DNA of 57,866 bases, filler included, from Stramenopiles sp. TOSAG23-3 (Eukaryota), in NCBI GenBank assembly GCA_900128585.1. It is 6 parts of 6 records of this genome, joined end to end, with 100 filler letters (N's around TTAATTAATTAA, not from the genome) between each part and the next. Parts side by side here need not be neighbours in the genome. Positions count along the whole stretch, not along the records: positions 17,366 to 34,626 come from LT642456.1; positions 34,727 to 51,921 come from LT642457.1; 4 more parts are not named here. One strand, 5' to 3'. A model generated the notes under the pieces. The model did no database searches. It was not told where the DNA came from and saw only the letters and a program-made list of their open reading frames with translations. Numbering within the stretch: the stretch's first letter is position 1; every line of letters starts with the position of its first letter. Below are positions 30,708 to 41,325 of this stretch, in pieces. Made by a program: the position numbers and the translations under genes.

Positions 30708-31808
30708 TCACAAGTCTCGTTGGCTCCTTCCGCGCAAACTGTACTTTGCTGCAAAGGACCGAAGCTTCTCACCACTTGAGCCTCGTTCACTCGTTCCTTT
30801 TGGCTCCTCCTGCATTTTTTCTGGAATTTCTTCTTCAACGTCCGTATCGTCGTTCTCGTACAGTGCGTCGTCTTCGGATGTTGAAAAATCCTCGTCAATG
30901 GGATCGTCTGCATGCGCGTCCGCGGGGTCGTAGGCAGTGTTCTTCCGTCTTCGTTCAGAATGCAGCCTCCTTAAATCGCAAGACACTTTGTTGTGGTCGT
31001 CTACCGAGCAATCCATGCGCCTGGGAAGCTGGCATGCATACTTGTACTGGGCTGATAGAAAGCTTTCACCAACCTCTTCGCTCAATTCACGAGTTACGTA
31101 GCTCATATCACAGGTCTGTAGGTACTCGGTGTCTTCCAAAATCGACACTTTGCATGTAATCTCCCGCAATTCTCGTTTGCGCAAGCACAACACACGTTTC
31201 ACTTTTGGGCAGCTAAACCTGTTTTGACTCGACCACAATTCTTTTTCGATGTCACGCTCGACATCACTTCGAAGAATACTTATATCGCACAAATCAGAGT
31301 TCGGGGCGTCCTCATAATCGTCATATTCTGGGGTTTCTTTTTTCCTTTTCCCTCCCGTTACGCTGCACTTGGTCCAGCCATCCAGGTCCATTTTGCACCT
31401 CAATTCTTCGGACTCACACTCAAAATTGTTCCGTGCTTTTCCTAAAAGTTTTGAGACTTTTCTGCCTACCGATTCTTCCATTATATCAACGCGGCAACGC
31501 GGTCCGTCAGGGACACGGATAGATTTTCCTGTTTGACAACTAAAGCTGCTTGTGGCATCGTCTCGTCTGCAAACGAGGTCGGAGTAGCCGTGACATCCCC
31601 ATTTCTGAAACATTTCGTCATACATTTCGTGCATTTCTGACGCTATTTTTTTTTCCAATTTCAAATAATTACATTGGTGTTTTATTCGTTTATTTTTCCG
31701 TTTCTTTCGCCGTCTTTTAGCATCGACAGCGGGACTAATAATTAGTGCAAGGACTATCAAGCAGCAGATGAGGCGAGGGACTGACTTTCGTTTCGATGGA
31801 AACATCAT
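30708..31808 (-). CDS. Secreted protein with four Cys-patterned repeats, unknown family
   Basis: Signal peptide (LICCLIVLALIISPAVDA), polybasic KRRRKKRKNKR, four C-x25-C-x6/7-C-x9/10-C units, acidic tail. Confidence 0.8.
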   Translation of the reverse strand: MMFPSKRKSVPRLICCLIVLALIISPAVDAKRRRKKRKNKRIKHQCNYLKLEKKIASEMHEMYDEMFQKWGCHGYSDLVCRRDDATSSFSCQTGKSIRVPDGPRCRVDIMEESVGRKVSKLLGKARNNFECESEELRCKMDLDGWTKCSVTGGKRKKETPEYDDYEDAPNSDLCDISILRSDVERDIEKELWSSQNRFSCPKVKRVLCLRKRELREITCKVSILEDTEYLQTCDMSYVTRELSEEVGESFLSAQYKYACQLPRRMDCSVDDHNKVSCDLRRLHSERRRKNTAYDPADAHADDPIDEDFSTSEDDALYENDDTDVEEEIPEKMQEEPKGTSERGSSGEKLRSFAAKYSLRGRSQRDL

Positions 31809-32403
31809 CCTCAAAAATGGGTCTTTTCTCTTCAAAGTTAAAGGAAACGTGGTTGTTTTGCAGAATGAGGAGAATTGATGATTAACATGCGTTTTATTCC
31901 TAACACTCCCATGATTTCCTATTCGTTTGGATTGTTACAACATGTGTGAGTACAGTCAATTAATTTATTCGCCGATAATATTTTTTCACCAATAATTATT
32001 GTCTTTTTTTTGGTGTGGGTTGGATTGTGAAAAAAAAAGAATTTTCTTTTTTAATGAATGCTGTGTCTATATTATAGTCGTCTAGGTTATATATTTTTTG
32101 TTAATTTAATGCTGGTGGTATTGTAATAATGAGAGACGACTATAATACGGTACCAATGGTAATATTATAGTAGAACTTTGAAGAAGAAGAAAAGGGCCAC
32201 GTCATCATTACAAAAACATAAACACAGCATGGATTAAATTATTTGGTTTTTTTTCTTCATAAAAAAATACAATTATTTTAGGGTTAGGGTTAGTAACGTA
32301 CGATTAATTTGTCTCGTGTTTCGGGTCTCGTGTCTCGGAGTGATAAGAAAATCTATGGTATCTATCTATCTATTTTTGTGATATTCTCAATTTGTATATC
32401 TTC

Positions 32404-34461
32404 CTACAAACCGTCCAATTGCCGATGTTCGTCTTCCTCTTCGTCTTCTGTGGAGACCGGCGAGTAGGAAATTCCACTGTAATCTTCTTTCTCCGGCCTT
32501 GGGTCTTTCTTGCCATAGAAACGGCAGGCAAAGAGCCCTCCCACCGAAAGGAACCAAAGGGCAATCAAGGCCAAAGACACGGAGCGCCAGGTCACGCCTG
32601 CAGGACTCATCCCGCCGTAGGCATCCACCCCTGCGGTGACGTGATATATCCCATTCTTGTTCCCATTTCCACCGTCTGGCATCATCATTGTCTGAGGCAA
32701 GGGGCAATAGTCGGGGAAAACAGGGCCTACCCGGAGCCCAGAGAACTGTTTCAAATGGCACAGCGTCCGACCGATTCGTGGTTTGTCGACCGGTTGTACG
32801 CCAGCCACCGTGCTGGCTTTCGGTGACCACAGCCTCTCGGCGATCGAGGGAAGCCTTGAAAAAATGCGGTGGTCCAGATTTGCACCCGAGGCGTGCTCTT
32901 CCCAACTGCAAGCCTCGCCCCCCAAAGTCAGGGGGTTCGCTTCCCCAATGATGTCCTGCTGATACATTTTCTGCCACGAGACAGACAAATCGTCCAAGTA
33001 CCACCCCGGGCTTACCACCGTTTGCAGGCCCTTGCTGTGGGCAAGGGATGCCTGCTGAGGCATCCACCCCCTCCAGTACTGGATGACGTGGTGGTCCGCG
33101 CTGGTCAAACCGTTCAGCGCCAACGCTTCGTCCCATAGCACACCCACCTTTCCGTGTTCTTTTGCAAACTGTAAAACACGAGTGGTAAAGGTTTCCTGCA
33201 GCTTCGAACTCCACGTCATACCCTGAGACCCTGGGTCCTTTTCATAAACTGCCTTCCACTTTTGGATCTCGGGGTTGGTCAACCAACATTCCGCGTTGAC
33301 TTCGTCCCCGCCAAAATGAACGTACTTGTCCGGAAACAGTGAAAATATTTCGGTGAAAAACTTTTCCAAGAACGCGTACGTCTGATTATTTAACGGGTTC
33401 AACGCCACCTTGTCGACGCCATGCTCGATCAAGCGGTCATCCTTCACTACTACCCCTGGGCATGGGACGATCATCTCCGGGTAACCTTCCCCCCACGAAG
33501 CGGCGTGCGCGGGGACATCAAACTCTGGGACTATGCGAACGCCGCGATCGTTGGCATATTCAACGATGCGTTTGACGTCCTGCACCGTGTACACCGCGTT
33601 TTGCGGGTCGTACGAACCCTTTTTTGCCAAGAGCGGCTCTGCCTCACTTGCAAACGGGAAGCTCTGGGAATCGACAATGTGCCAATGGAACGAATTCATC
33701 TTTATCCGGGACATTCCCTCTATGATGCGTTCTAATTGAGGCAAGGGGACGAAGTGTCTTGAAGTGTCCACCATCAGACCTCTCCAGGGAAAGCGGGGTC
33801 GATCCTTTATTTCCAGCGGCAAGCCCCCAATGACGAAAAAATCCCCAGACCACTCGCAAAGCTGACGAAAGGTCGACATTGCGTGGGACACCCCAAAGAC
33901 GGTCTTGGCACGAATGCTCACGGCTAAGGTTTTCACACCGGCGCTGTCCGCCGCTACCCGCTTCACGCCCAGGGTGTACGACTCGTTCACCCCCAGCTGC
34001 ACTTGGGTGGCTTCTCCCAGGTCATCGATTTTGTCGATGGTAAAGACCGTCACCATTCGCGGAAACGATGCCTGGCTGCGGATCGCCTTTCGAACGGGGG
34101 AGTACTTCATTCTTGTGTACGGCACGTCCCCCGAAGAAAACACTTTTAGGGCGTCCTTCAGCCGGTTGAACGATTTCTGAACATGGTCTATGCCCGGGGC
34201 AATAATTTTACTATCGAACTCTATTTTAAACAGTTGGGGGTCCAAGACCCCCAAATTCCCCCACCCACCGCTCAAATACGCTTCTGTATTCCATGCAGGG
34301 TCGGGATTGCTGGGCTTTGTAAACGTAACTGGCCCGGACGGTTTCGGCCAGACAAGATCCGGCGGTGAAAGCAGCACAGCTGCCATTTGAAACAGCCCAC
34401 GCGGTTGCAACAAAGGGAGGGTGCACGCAACGATAGATACGTTCGAAACGAACGATTTCAC
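32404..34461 (-). CDS. Beta-hexosaminidase, GH20, with C-terminal TM anchor (start uncertain; first ATG at 34386)
   Basis: NESYTL, DRPRFPWRGLMVDTSRHF, FHWHIVDSQSFP, PEFDVPAH, HFGGDEV catalytic DE pair, WYLD, GGEACSWEE, AERLWS. Confidence 0.93.
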   Translation of the reverse strand: MKSFVSNVSIVACTLPLLQPRGLFQMAAVLLSPPDLVWPKPSGPVTFTKPSNPDPAWNTEAYLSGGWGNLGVLDPQLFKIEFDSKIIAPGIDHVQKSFNRLKDALKVFSSGDVPYTRMKYSPVRKAIRSQASFPRMVTVFTIDKIDDLGEATQVQLGVNESYTLGVKRVAADSAGVKTLAVSIRAKTVFGVSHAMSTFRQLCEWSGDFFVIGGLPLEIKDRPRFPWRGLMVDTSRHFVPLPQLERIIEGMSRIKMNSFHWHIVDSQSFPFASEAEPLLAKKGSYDPQNAVYTVQDVKRIVEYANDRGVRIVPEFDVPAHAASWGEGYPEMIVPCPGVVVKDDRLIEHGVDKVALNPLNNQTYAFLEKFFTEIFSLFPDKYVHFGGDEVNAECWLTNPEIQKWKAVYEKDPGSQGMTWSSKLQETFTTRVLQFAKEHGKVGVLWDEALALNGLTSADHHVIQYWRGWMPQQASLAHSKGLQTVVSPGWYLDDLSVSWQKMYQQDIIGEANPLTLGGEACSWEEHASGANLDHRIFSRLPSIAERLWSPKASTVAGVQPVDKPRIGRTLCHLKQFSGLRVGPVFPDYCPLPQTMMMPDGGNGNKNGIYHVTAGVDAYGGMSPAGVTWRSVSLALIALWFLSVGGLFACRFYGKKDPRPEKEDYSGISYSPVSTEDEEEDEHRQLDGL

Positions 34462-34626
34462 CTGTAGGCTTCTCTCTCTCTCTCTTTAATCCCGTATGTA
34501 CGCAGACTTTTATTAATTCCCGATAGAAACGACTATAGTCATCACTTTAATAAAATTGAAAATGATAAATAAAAAACGGAGATAATACATAGAGGGAGGA
34601 TCTTCTACAACACAAACAAACAAGAA

Positions 34627-34726
34627 NNNNNNNNNNNNNNNNNNNNNNNNNNNNNNNNNNNNNNNNNNNNTTAATTAATTAANNNNNNNNNNNNNNNNNN
34701 NNNNNNNNNNNNNNNNNNNNNNNNNN
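34627..34726. other. Artificial contig linker
   Basis: N44-TTAATTAATTAA-N44. Confidence 0.99.
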
Positions 34727-34728
34727 TA

Positions 34729-36159
34729 AGGAAAATGTACTATAAAAGTGATTTGTTCAAAAACACTATTGGAGGAAACCCAAAATATCGAAGTGCTGTT
34801 AAGAAATGGTTTTATCCTATGATCATACCGACCCGATTCTCCCGAGCGACTGATTCGTTCAGTACACTGGCAGACTACATGCAAGCGCGCGCGACGAAGC
34901 TTCGCAACCACGACCATAGTCCGAGACACCGGGCTTCTACCCTCGGCGGATCCCCGAAGGACAACCTCAGGCAGTGTTTTTTCAAGCACAGCGACCAGCA
35001 TGTTTGCAAAGCAATGTGGAGAAATCCAAACACTAATGTGGAAGAATTCACCTTTGAGCGTCACTGCACGCAGTACCTGCTGCCAGTCCCTTTCACGAAA
35101 TATTGCCTCGTGCTTGTTGAAAGTGAGGTGCCCCGCCAATGGAATATATTGCGCGGGTACGGAAGCTTTTGTTTTGATTTTCCAGCATACCACGTCCTCA
35201 TGACCTTCATGTTCTTAGCGGTGTTTATTTGTCACATGTTTCAGATATTCGGTGCCAAAACTTTGTTTGGGGCGGAGGATGCTGCTTTGGGATTTTCCGA
35301 AATTGCGCAGTATTTTGGATATGTCGTCCGTATAAAATTGTCCATTTTCGGTTTTCTGCTGTTCGTGTGCTGGCTGGAAGCATTGCGAAACTTGGCGGTT
35401 TTGTCCCCTAGTTTAATGAACCTGATGATGATAATCCAGGGAATGACAGCCAAGTTAGGAGTCTGGGCAATGTTGAGTGTATTTGCATTTTGCGCGTTTT
35501 CGTCCATCGAGTACATAACGTTTGGCGCAGAGAGAGGCATAAAGACTGCGACCGAGTTTTTAGTCGAATCCTTCGTAAAAGCGAGTGGCCAAAGCGAGTT
35601 TGAATCGAATGCCGAAAACCTCAACGATATGTTCTTTGTTCAAGTGTCAAATATTGCTTTTATATTTTTGTTCACAATTGTCATCATGAACCTGCTAATT
35701 GCTTTCATGACAGAAGCATATGACTCAGTAAAACTATCTGCCGCAGCAAGATTTTGCTACATGCAATTTGAGCAAGTTCAGTTCCACCAACTAGTGAAGT
35801 CGAAGTTCGACCAACGGAAGCATACCGCACTTCATCACCTAATGAAGAAAGTGGGACTTGGACTTTCAGTGACCAAACGTTTGAATTCGGTCGGGGCAAG
35901 TATGAAAAGCGGCGGTAGGAAGATCCCCCGCAGACTCATTTCACGAGTTTCGTCTTGGGGAGAAAAGAAGGCTTATAACAATTCATTTGCGACGATGCAA
36001 ATAGGTAAAAAGAAGAAAGGATTGGATGAGAAGAAGAACCGGTCGGACGAAAAGCAGAAGGGGTCGGATGAGAAGAAGAACGGGTCGGACGAAAAGCAGA
36101 AGGGGTCGGATGAGAAGAAGAACGGGTCGGATGAATTACAAACGCCTGGGAACTCTTAA
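34729..36159 (+). CDS. TRP/polycystin-like cation channel, C-terminal part (probably 5'-truncated at contig edge)
   Basis: Several TM helices. S6 signature FTIVIMNLLIAFMTEAYDSVK. Frame is open back to the contig start. Confidence 0.75.
   Translation, partial: RKMYYKSDLFKNTIGGNPKYRSAVKKWFYPMIIPTRFSRATDSFSTLADYMQARATKLRNHDHSPRHRASTLGGSPKDNLRQCFFKHSDQHVCKAMWRNPNTNVEEFTFERHCTQYLLPVPFTKYCLVLVESEVPRQWNILRGYGSFCFDFPAYHVLMTFMFLAVFICHMFQIFGAKTLFGAEDAALGFSEIAQYFGYVVRIKLSIFGFLLFVCWLEALRNLAVLSPSLMNLMMIIQGMTAKLGVWAMLSVFAFCAFSSIEYITFGAERGIKTATEFLVESFVKASGQSEFESNAENLNDMFFVQVSNIAFIFLFTIVIMNLLIAFMTEAYDSVKLSAAARFCYMQFEQVQFHQLVKSKFDQRKHTALHHLMKKVGLGLSVTKRLNSVGASMKSGGRKIPRRLISRVSSWGEKKAYNNSFATMQIGKKKKGLDEKKNRSDEKQKGSDEKKNGSDEKQKGSDEKKNGSDELQTPGNS
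36025..36135 (+). repeat. Coding 21/42-bp tandem repeat (DEKKNGS-DEKQKGS)
   Basis: Alternating gatgagaagaagaac(c/g)ggtcg and gacgaaaagcagaaggggtcg units. Confidence 0.9.
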
Positions 36160-36259
36160 AAGAAAGAAAGAGCAAAGATGAGTTCGCAGTTCATGAAGGA
36201 ATGCAAACCTAGAATGTCTAAATCTAGATTTCAGTTCGCAGTACATTAATTTTCATTAT

Positions 36260-36940
36260 TACTTAAACAATTTTCTTGTTTTAAATAAAGAAAAAACAAA
36301 ATGCATTGAGTACGTTTTGAGATGTTTAGAAGAGTCTTAAAATAATAAAGTGAAATAAAAAGCAAAATACTGGGGCGGTTATTTTATGTACTTTTCGTAT
36401 GATATTAAAAACAAGAAAATTGGCTGTTATCATCGTATGATATTTAAAAAAAAAACAAATTATAGTATGCTTTAAGACTCTCATTTTAAATAATCACAAT
36501 AAATTACAATTTCAGTTCCAACCCTGATCCTATCTTGATGTTTTAATTTGATTTTTTATATTAATAATATTTTGTTTTTTTAATAATATTGTAGTTAATT
36601 AAAAAAGAATGTGTCAGTTCAAGAACCACTACAGTTCTGGTCAAGATTCCAATTGGCAAGTTTTTAAACATTTTGATATGCATAATAAAAAGAAAAAAGA
36701 AGGAGTCAGTTCAAGAACAATATCTCCTCCTAATTAATTGCAGATCCTCCCCAAGTTCTGGTCAATATTCCAATTGGCAAAGTAAACAGCGGCATAAATG
36801 TTTTAAAGGCGCTCGTTTTCTGCTGTACTGCTCTATATGAAAGAATGATCGGTAATGAATTTGATCTTAAAGATCTTTCCCAAGTTCTGGTCAAGATTCC
36901 AAGTGGCTAGTAAGAGTTTGGCAGAGAGTGTTCAAGAAAA
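36260..36940 (+). repeat. Dispersed modular repeat, copy B (one full core plus partial tandem copies)
   Basis: Core at 36687-36866, partial cores at about 36601-36660 and 36878-36905, 26-bp module at 36405-36430, other modules at 36355-36390 and 36466-36490. Confidence 0.85.
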
Positions 36941-37002
36941 TATTGTTTTATCATCATTCGTAAGTAACAGATTGTGCTGCAATATTGTAAGGCTTTAATG
37001 TG

Positions 37003-38265
37003 TTAAACCCCCTCTCCCCTCTGTAGCTCCTTCCTAATTTTCTTTCCAACGCTGGCCATGGCGTCTTCTAACGAACCAGACTCTGTGAAATGTGCTTTTG
37101 GAGAATCGACTTTTTCCAACACGCGTAAGTTTAACCATTCGAATAATAAGGAAAGGGTGACAAACCGATCTCTTCTTTTTAATCCATTGTAGAAACGTTT
37201 ATGCTTGCCCATCAAATATCTTGAGCACGCTACATGAAGCAAACAATTGCTGTTCCTCACACGGCAGACAGCATCACATTCGCTCACCATAGAAACCGAA
37301 TCGGCGGTTGCAATTATCGCATCAGAAACAGACAATGCGCTCTGATAAATATTTTCTCCATCGCGTTCTTCGTCGGCCCACAACGTAATACTTGATATGT
37401 TACACGAATCAATATAAAGTCGGAGCCAAGATACCAACTCATTGGGTGTTCTTCTGGAGCATACGACGTTTATTTTGGTCTGTTGCTGTAATCTGGAGTC
37501 TCTCCTCATTACAACTTCAACAACTTTTTCTATGAGCGATTGAATATCAGGGTTACTCCAATTGCAATTTCTGTGAGGTCCTCCGAGAATGATTGAAAGT
37601 GTTCGGTCCCGATGCTCCCAACTTTTTGATTCCAAACCACGAGTTTCTATATTGAAATGCTGCTCGATTCCTGCATTTACCCATTCTTCGTCAACCATAT
37701 GCAAAGAGCCAGGGATTGTATGTACATTTTCTCCCCGGGAAGGCTGCAGAGGCCGGGTTGACGAATAGTCGTGTGCCGGTGTAATAATTGCATCGAAATA
37801 ATGAGACGGGGTCCTGGGGTGTTGAATTTGTACATTGAAACATGGGCTCTCCCTGTTAAATCTACCCATCTGATACTTCAATGCCCATGACAGAGGTGCT
37901 GTTCTTCTTCCACAGGCAACAATTAGATTTGGCAATTCTTCGCTAGGCAGTTTATCGAAAATATGCCCCCATCCGGCCGAGAATCCCAGAATTTTGTGCC
38001 CGTTCCCAAACTTGCCCATAAGTTTCAACAGGTATATATGCAAGAGGGGAGGGACGACACGAAATACAGGGGTTGGCGGAAGCCTAACCATGGTGAATGA
38101 TGAGACACCCAGCCTGTTTAAAAAGGCTAAAGATTGATTCTCTGCCCCAGGCGTTCCATCGCCGAGCACTAACGCATGAAGCCGCGAAGGCGAAAGTTTA
38201 CCAAAACAACGGCAGAAGCAATTCTCCCGTAAACCATACGACAAAGTGCGCCCGCGCACAAACAT
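37003..38265 (-). CDS. ELM1: Mitochondrial fission ELM1-family protein
   Basis: LGDGTPGAENQ, IVACGRRT, VQIQHPR..FDAIITPAHD, LGGP, SRRTP, TADSVSMVSE. Confidence 0.88.
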   Translation of the reverse strand: MFVRGRTLSYGLRENCFCRCFGKLSPSRLHALVLGDGTPGAENQSLAFLNRLGVSSFTMVRLPPTPVFRVVPPLLHIYLLKLMGKFGNGHKILGFSAGWGHIFDKLPSEELPNLIVACGRRTAPLSWALKYQMGRFNRESPCFNVQIQHPRTPSHYFDAIITPAHDYSSTRPLQPSRGENVHTIPGSLHMVDEEWVNAGIEQHFNIETRGLESKSWEHRDRTLSIILGGPHRNCNWSNPDIQSLIEKVVEVVMRRDSRLQQQTKINVVCSRRTPNELVSWLRLYIDSCNISSITLWADEERDGENIYQSALSVSDAIIATADSVSMVSECDAVCRVRNSNCLLHVACSRYLMGKHKRFYNGLKRRDRFVTLSLLFEWLNLRVLEKVDSPKAHFTESGSLEDAMASVGKKIRKELQRGEGV

Positions 38266-39234
38266 GCTTTCGCGCTGCAGGACTGTACCGCAGTCTGACC
38301 GTTTTAATTCATTGGTATGGCAGTTAACTTTTATTTACGTTGTGCTGTTATATAAATCAAGTCTTCAATTCGCTGCAAAATATTTTTAATTCCTTCCACC
38401 CGCAGCGGACGGTTAAAAGTCGTCGGTCCTTCTATAAAAAATTTGTCGTCGTCGGTCATTCTTCTTCTTCTCTTATGTTAATTAATAATTTATTATTAAT
38501 AATAATAAAATAATTAATTTAATAAACAACACACAACACACAACAACACACCACAACAAAAAAACTTATAATTATTAATTATAAAAAAAAATTAAAAAAT
38601 CATCATCATCATTATTATTAGTTACAAAAAAACACAGCAGGCAGCAGCAGAAGAGAGTAAAAATAAAAATATTATTATTTATTATTAAATTATTTTAGTA
38701 TAGAGAATTCTGCCTAGAGATGATCATCAAGCAAGTCGCAGCAGCACAGCAGAGAAAAAAGAAGAAAGGAGAGATGATTTACCTCACAGCGCAGATGATG
38801 ATGATTGCAGCAATATTTTGTGGTAGCTGTCCTCGTACAGTGTATGTATATTTTTTTTTATTATTATTATATTATTTAGTACGTAATAGCATAATATAGC
38901 AATATTGAAAAAAACACAATCAATATTATACCAGGTACAGTGAACAGTGTCTTTATTATTTCTTCATAAACTGTATTATTTTATTATTTTTTTTTAATAA
39001 TTATTATTTTATTATAATTATTATTATATAGCAGTACCAAGGTAGTTTATTATATTTTTTATTCGATGTGATTTAATTTTTTAGTAGCCCCTTTGAATAT
39101 CTACATATAGTAAATGATGTTTCTTTCCCCTTCAGTGTAAGTTATATTATTAACTTCTATTGAAAAGCGCATCTGCCTGGAACGCGCAAGCTAAAGCATT
39201 TTAATAGTCATTTTGTTGGGAGTAGGGGCACAAA

Positions 39235-41325
39235 ATGAATAACAGTAGTAGCAGGGTTTTGTCTTCACTTGTACATTTTGAACATGCGTCTACGAAGCTA
39301 GTTTCTGTATTTTTTACTGAAGTAGAGGTTGCTCTGTTCTTTAGACGGAAAGTTGAAAAAAAGCTTGTTTTTGATAAGACGGCCCTTTCGGTGTCGGTGT
39401 TTCCCACTTCCTCAAACACGGTCGAAAACAAGGTAGAAAACATTAACGGTAAGGCCTCTCAGTTGTTTTTAGCAGAAAGTGTGAGCATAGCGTTTTTTTA
39501 CTTGCACAGTTTTCCCAGTTCAAACTACGAAAGGAATAAAATAGAAATTCAGTTACCTGGTCGCAAAGGGAAGAAGGGAAAGACATGGAAATTTTTTACG
39601 GGGTGCGACAGTGATATGACAAGATGGGAGCAGAAGATACGGTCTTCCCGTTCACTGGCAAAAAAATGCAAATCTTTCAAAGTTACCGCTACGGGTACTG
39701 TGGTAGAATCTTTTGATGAAGGGCTAATATCAGCCCGCACAAGCGCTGTTTATGGGATTTCGTCTACAACTTCAACACAGGGCGAAAAGAAAAGTGTCAG
39801 TTTTGATTCGGCGCTTCCGGTCATTGTGGAGGTACGCCTGCCTGATGATGCGGGAATTGTGAAAATTGAAATTAAGAAGAGAGATAACAAAATCAAATTA
39901 AGCGAACTAAAGTCTAAACTGTGGGCAAAAATAGTCGCACTGGACGAAAACAGCGCCTATGCAAATGATCGCCATTACATTGTAACGAATGTGATAAACC
40001 CATTGTTGAATATAGACCTAGAAGACGAAATTCCGGGGACAAGTGGCCCTTTTCACACCATCTTATCGTGTGGCGAAGATGCGTATCTGTTTAAATTGGA
40101 ACCTGATGCTGATTCAAAATTCCAAGTGGACGGAAAGCTATGGATGTTTGACGAAGATGTTGATCTTCGGGCAGTGTATGACTCCAAAATTCAATCAGCA
40201 TCCAGCTCTACTTTCATCATGCACTTGTGTCACATAAATAAATTACCCCATGGAGGCTTGAACTGTGTTGTAAAAGAAATAAACACCGTTGATGTCTTTC
40301 AGAAGCAGTGCGTACGGCACCACATACGGGTGTGGCACGGCCCGATTGTTTGGAGCATAGAGTACTCCTCAAATCATTTTTATCGTCTCGAGAAGTTACT
40401 GAAGAAGCAGTACAGCACTCTCTCGGTTGACATTCGTCGTGCTCAAGCCCCCTTACCCACGCTAGGAATGGCTATAATTTCCAAGGATGTTTTTCAAAAT
40501 TATGTCTTTTCGTTGTTACGCCATCCTTGGGCTTCGGGTTCCGTGCAGCTGTTGGAGTTTTTGGGTGCGATCAACTCTTCGCGAAATAATGACATGGACC
40601 GGAATGTCATTCATGTTTCGAGGTTAACACAATACGTTGATGTAGGGGACCTTATTTTGTTCAAGTGCAGCGACGTCAAGAGTGGCTTGACTCGAATGGC
40701 CATAAAAAGCGAATGGGACCATGTAGGAGTGGTTGTGCGGGACTCATTGTTTGGTGGTTTTAAAATACTTGAATCTACTGGAGAAGGTGTCAATTCATAC
40801 CCCCTCGTTGGTCGACTTCGGGGTTACTACCTTGCCGGTTTTGTTGATTACATTGGAATTCGTAGGTTGGGTCCTGGGTTTCGCGTGAAGCGAAGTCGCA
40901 ATGATGACATTGATGTACAGGGGATAAAATTCGTTAAAACCGTGAAAGGAAAGCCTTACTCGTTTGGGCTTTCCTCGTATTTTTTTTCAGGTAATCGCGA
41001 GGCCGATAGTTCTGCCGATGCTGTGCAAAAATCAGGAAATGGGGAAAACACTGCTTCTTCTGATAAAATATTCGAAGCCGAAAAGAAGAAAGGCTACTTT
41101 TGTTCTGAGCTCGTTGTTGCATATTTACAATGCATAGGGGCAGTAAAGCAATACCACAGCAGTTTGCATTCTTTGCCTAACATATTTGAAGATAATGGTG
41201 ATATCGAAAAGAACCTTGCAGACGGGGTTTTTTTGGACAAAACGGTACTTCTCGACTGCCGAATACTAGAACTTGCAAGCGCCAAAGTTAAAGTTGGCGA
41301 GGGCGACGATGATGTCTCTTGTTGA
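39235..41325 (+). CDS. PX-like domain + permuted papain-like NlpC/P60 (YiiX/C92-type) peptidase/acyltransferase
   Basis: GDLILF, WDHVGVV (His), LESTGEGV, GKPYSF, YFCSELV (Cys after His, i.e. permuted). Upstream WSIEYSSNHFYRL...LLEFL is PX-like. Confidence 0.75.
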   Translation: MNNSSSRVLSSLVHFEHASTKLVSVFFTEVEVALFFRRKVEKKLVFDKTALSVSVFPTSSNTVENKVENINGKASQLFLAESVSIAFFYLHSFPSSNYERNKIEIQLPGRKGKKGKTWKFFTGCDSDMTRWEQKIRSSRSLAKKCKSFKVTATGTVVESFDEGLISARTSAVYGISSTTSTQGEKKSVSFDSALPVIVEVRLPDDAGIVKIEIKKRDNKIKLSELKSKLWAKIVALDENSAYANDRHYIVTNVINPLLNIDLEDEIPGTSGPFHTILSCGEDAYLFKLEPDADSKFQVDGKLWMFDEDVDLRAVYDSKIQSASSSTFIMHLCHINKLPHGGLNCVVKEINTVDVFQKQCVRHHIRVWHGPIVWSIEYSSNHFYRLEKLLKKQYSTLSVDIRRAQAPLPTLGMAIISKDVFQNYVFSLLRHPWASGSVQLLEFLGAINSSRNNDMDRNVIHVSRLTQYVDVGDLILFKCSDVKSGLTRMAIKSEWDHVGVVVRDSLFGGFKILESTGEGVNSYPLVGRLRGYYLAGFVDYIGIRRLGPGFRVKRSRNDDIDVQGIKFVKTVKGKPYSFGLSSYFFSGNREADSSADAVQKSGNGENTASSDKIFEAEKKKGYFCSELVVAYLQCIGAVKQYHSSLHSLPNIFEDNGDIEKNLADGVFLDKTVLLDCRILELASAKVKVGEGDDDVSC

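Noticed and set aside
32278-32293. TTAGGGTTAGGGTTAG telomere-like sequence
   Set aside because: Only about 2.5 units and internal to a contig; too short to call a telomere.
21150-34461. A glycosylation cluster linking the SDR fragment, GT41 and GH20 with the PseC/SpsF pair
   Set aside because: They lie on a different contig from the pair and are interspersed with unrelated genes, so there is no evidence of linkage.
36601-36940. Repeated AGTTCTGGTCAAGATTCCAA as a possible CRISPR array
   Set aside because: Irregular spacing, non-unique intervening sequence, eukaryotic context and no cas genes. It is part of the dispersed repeat family.
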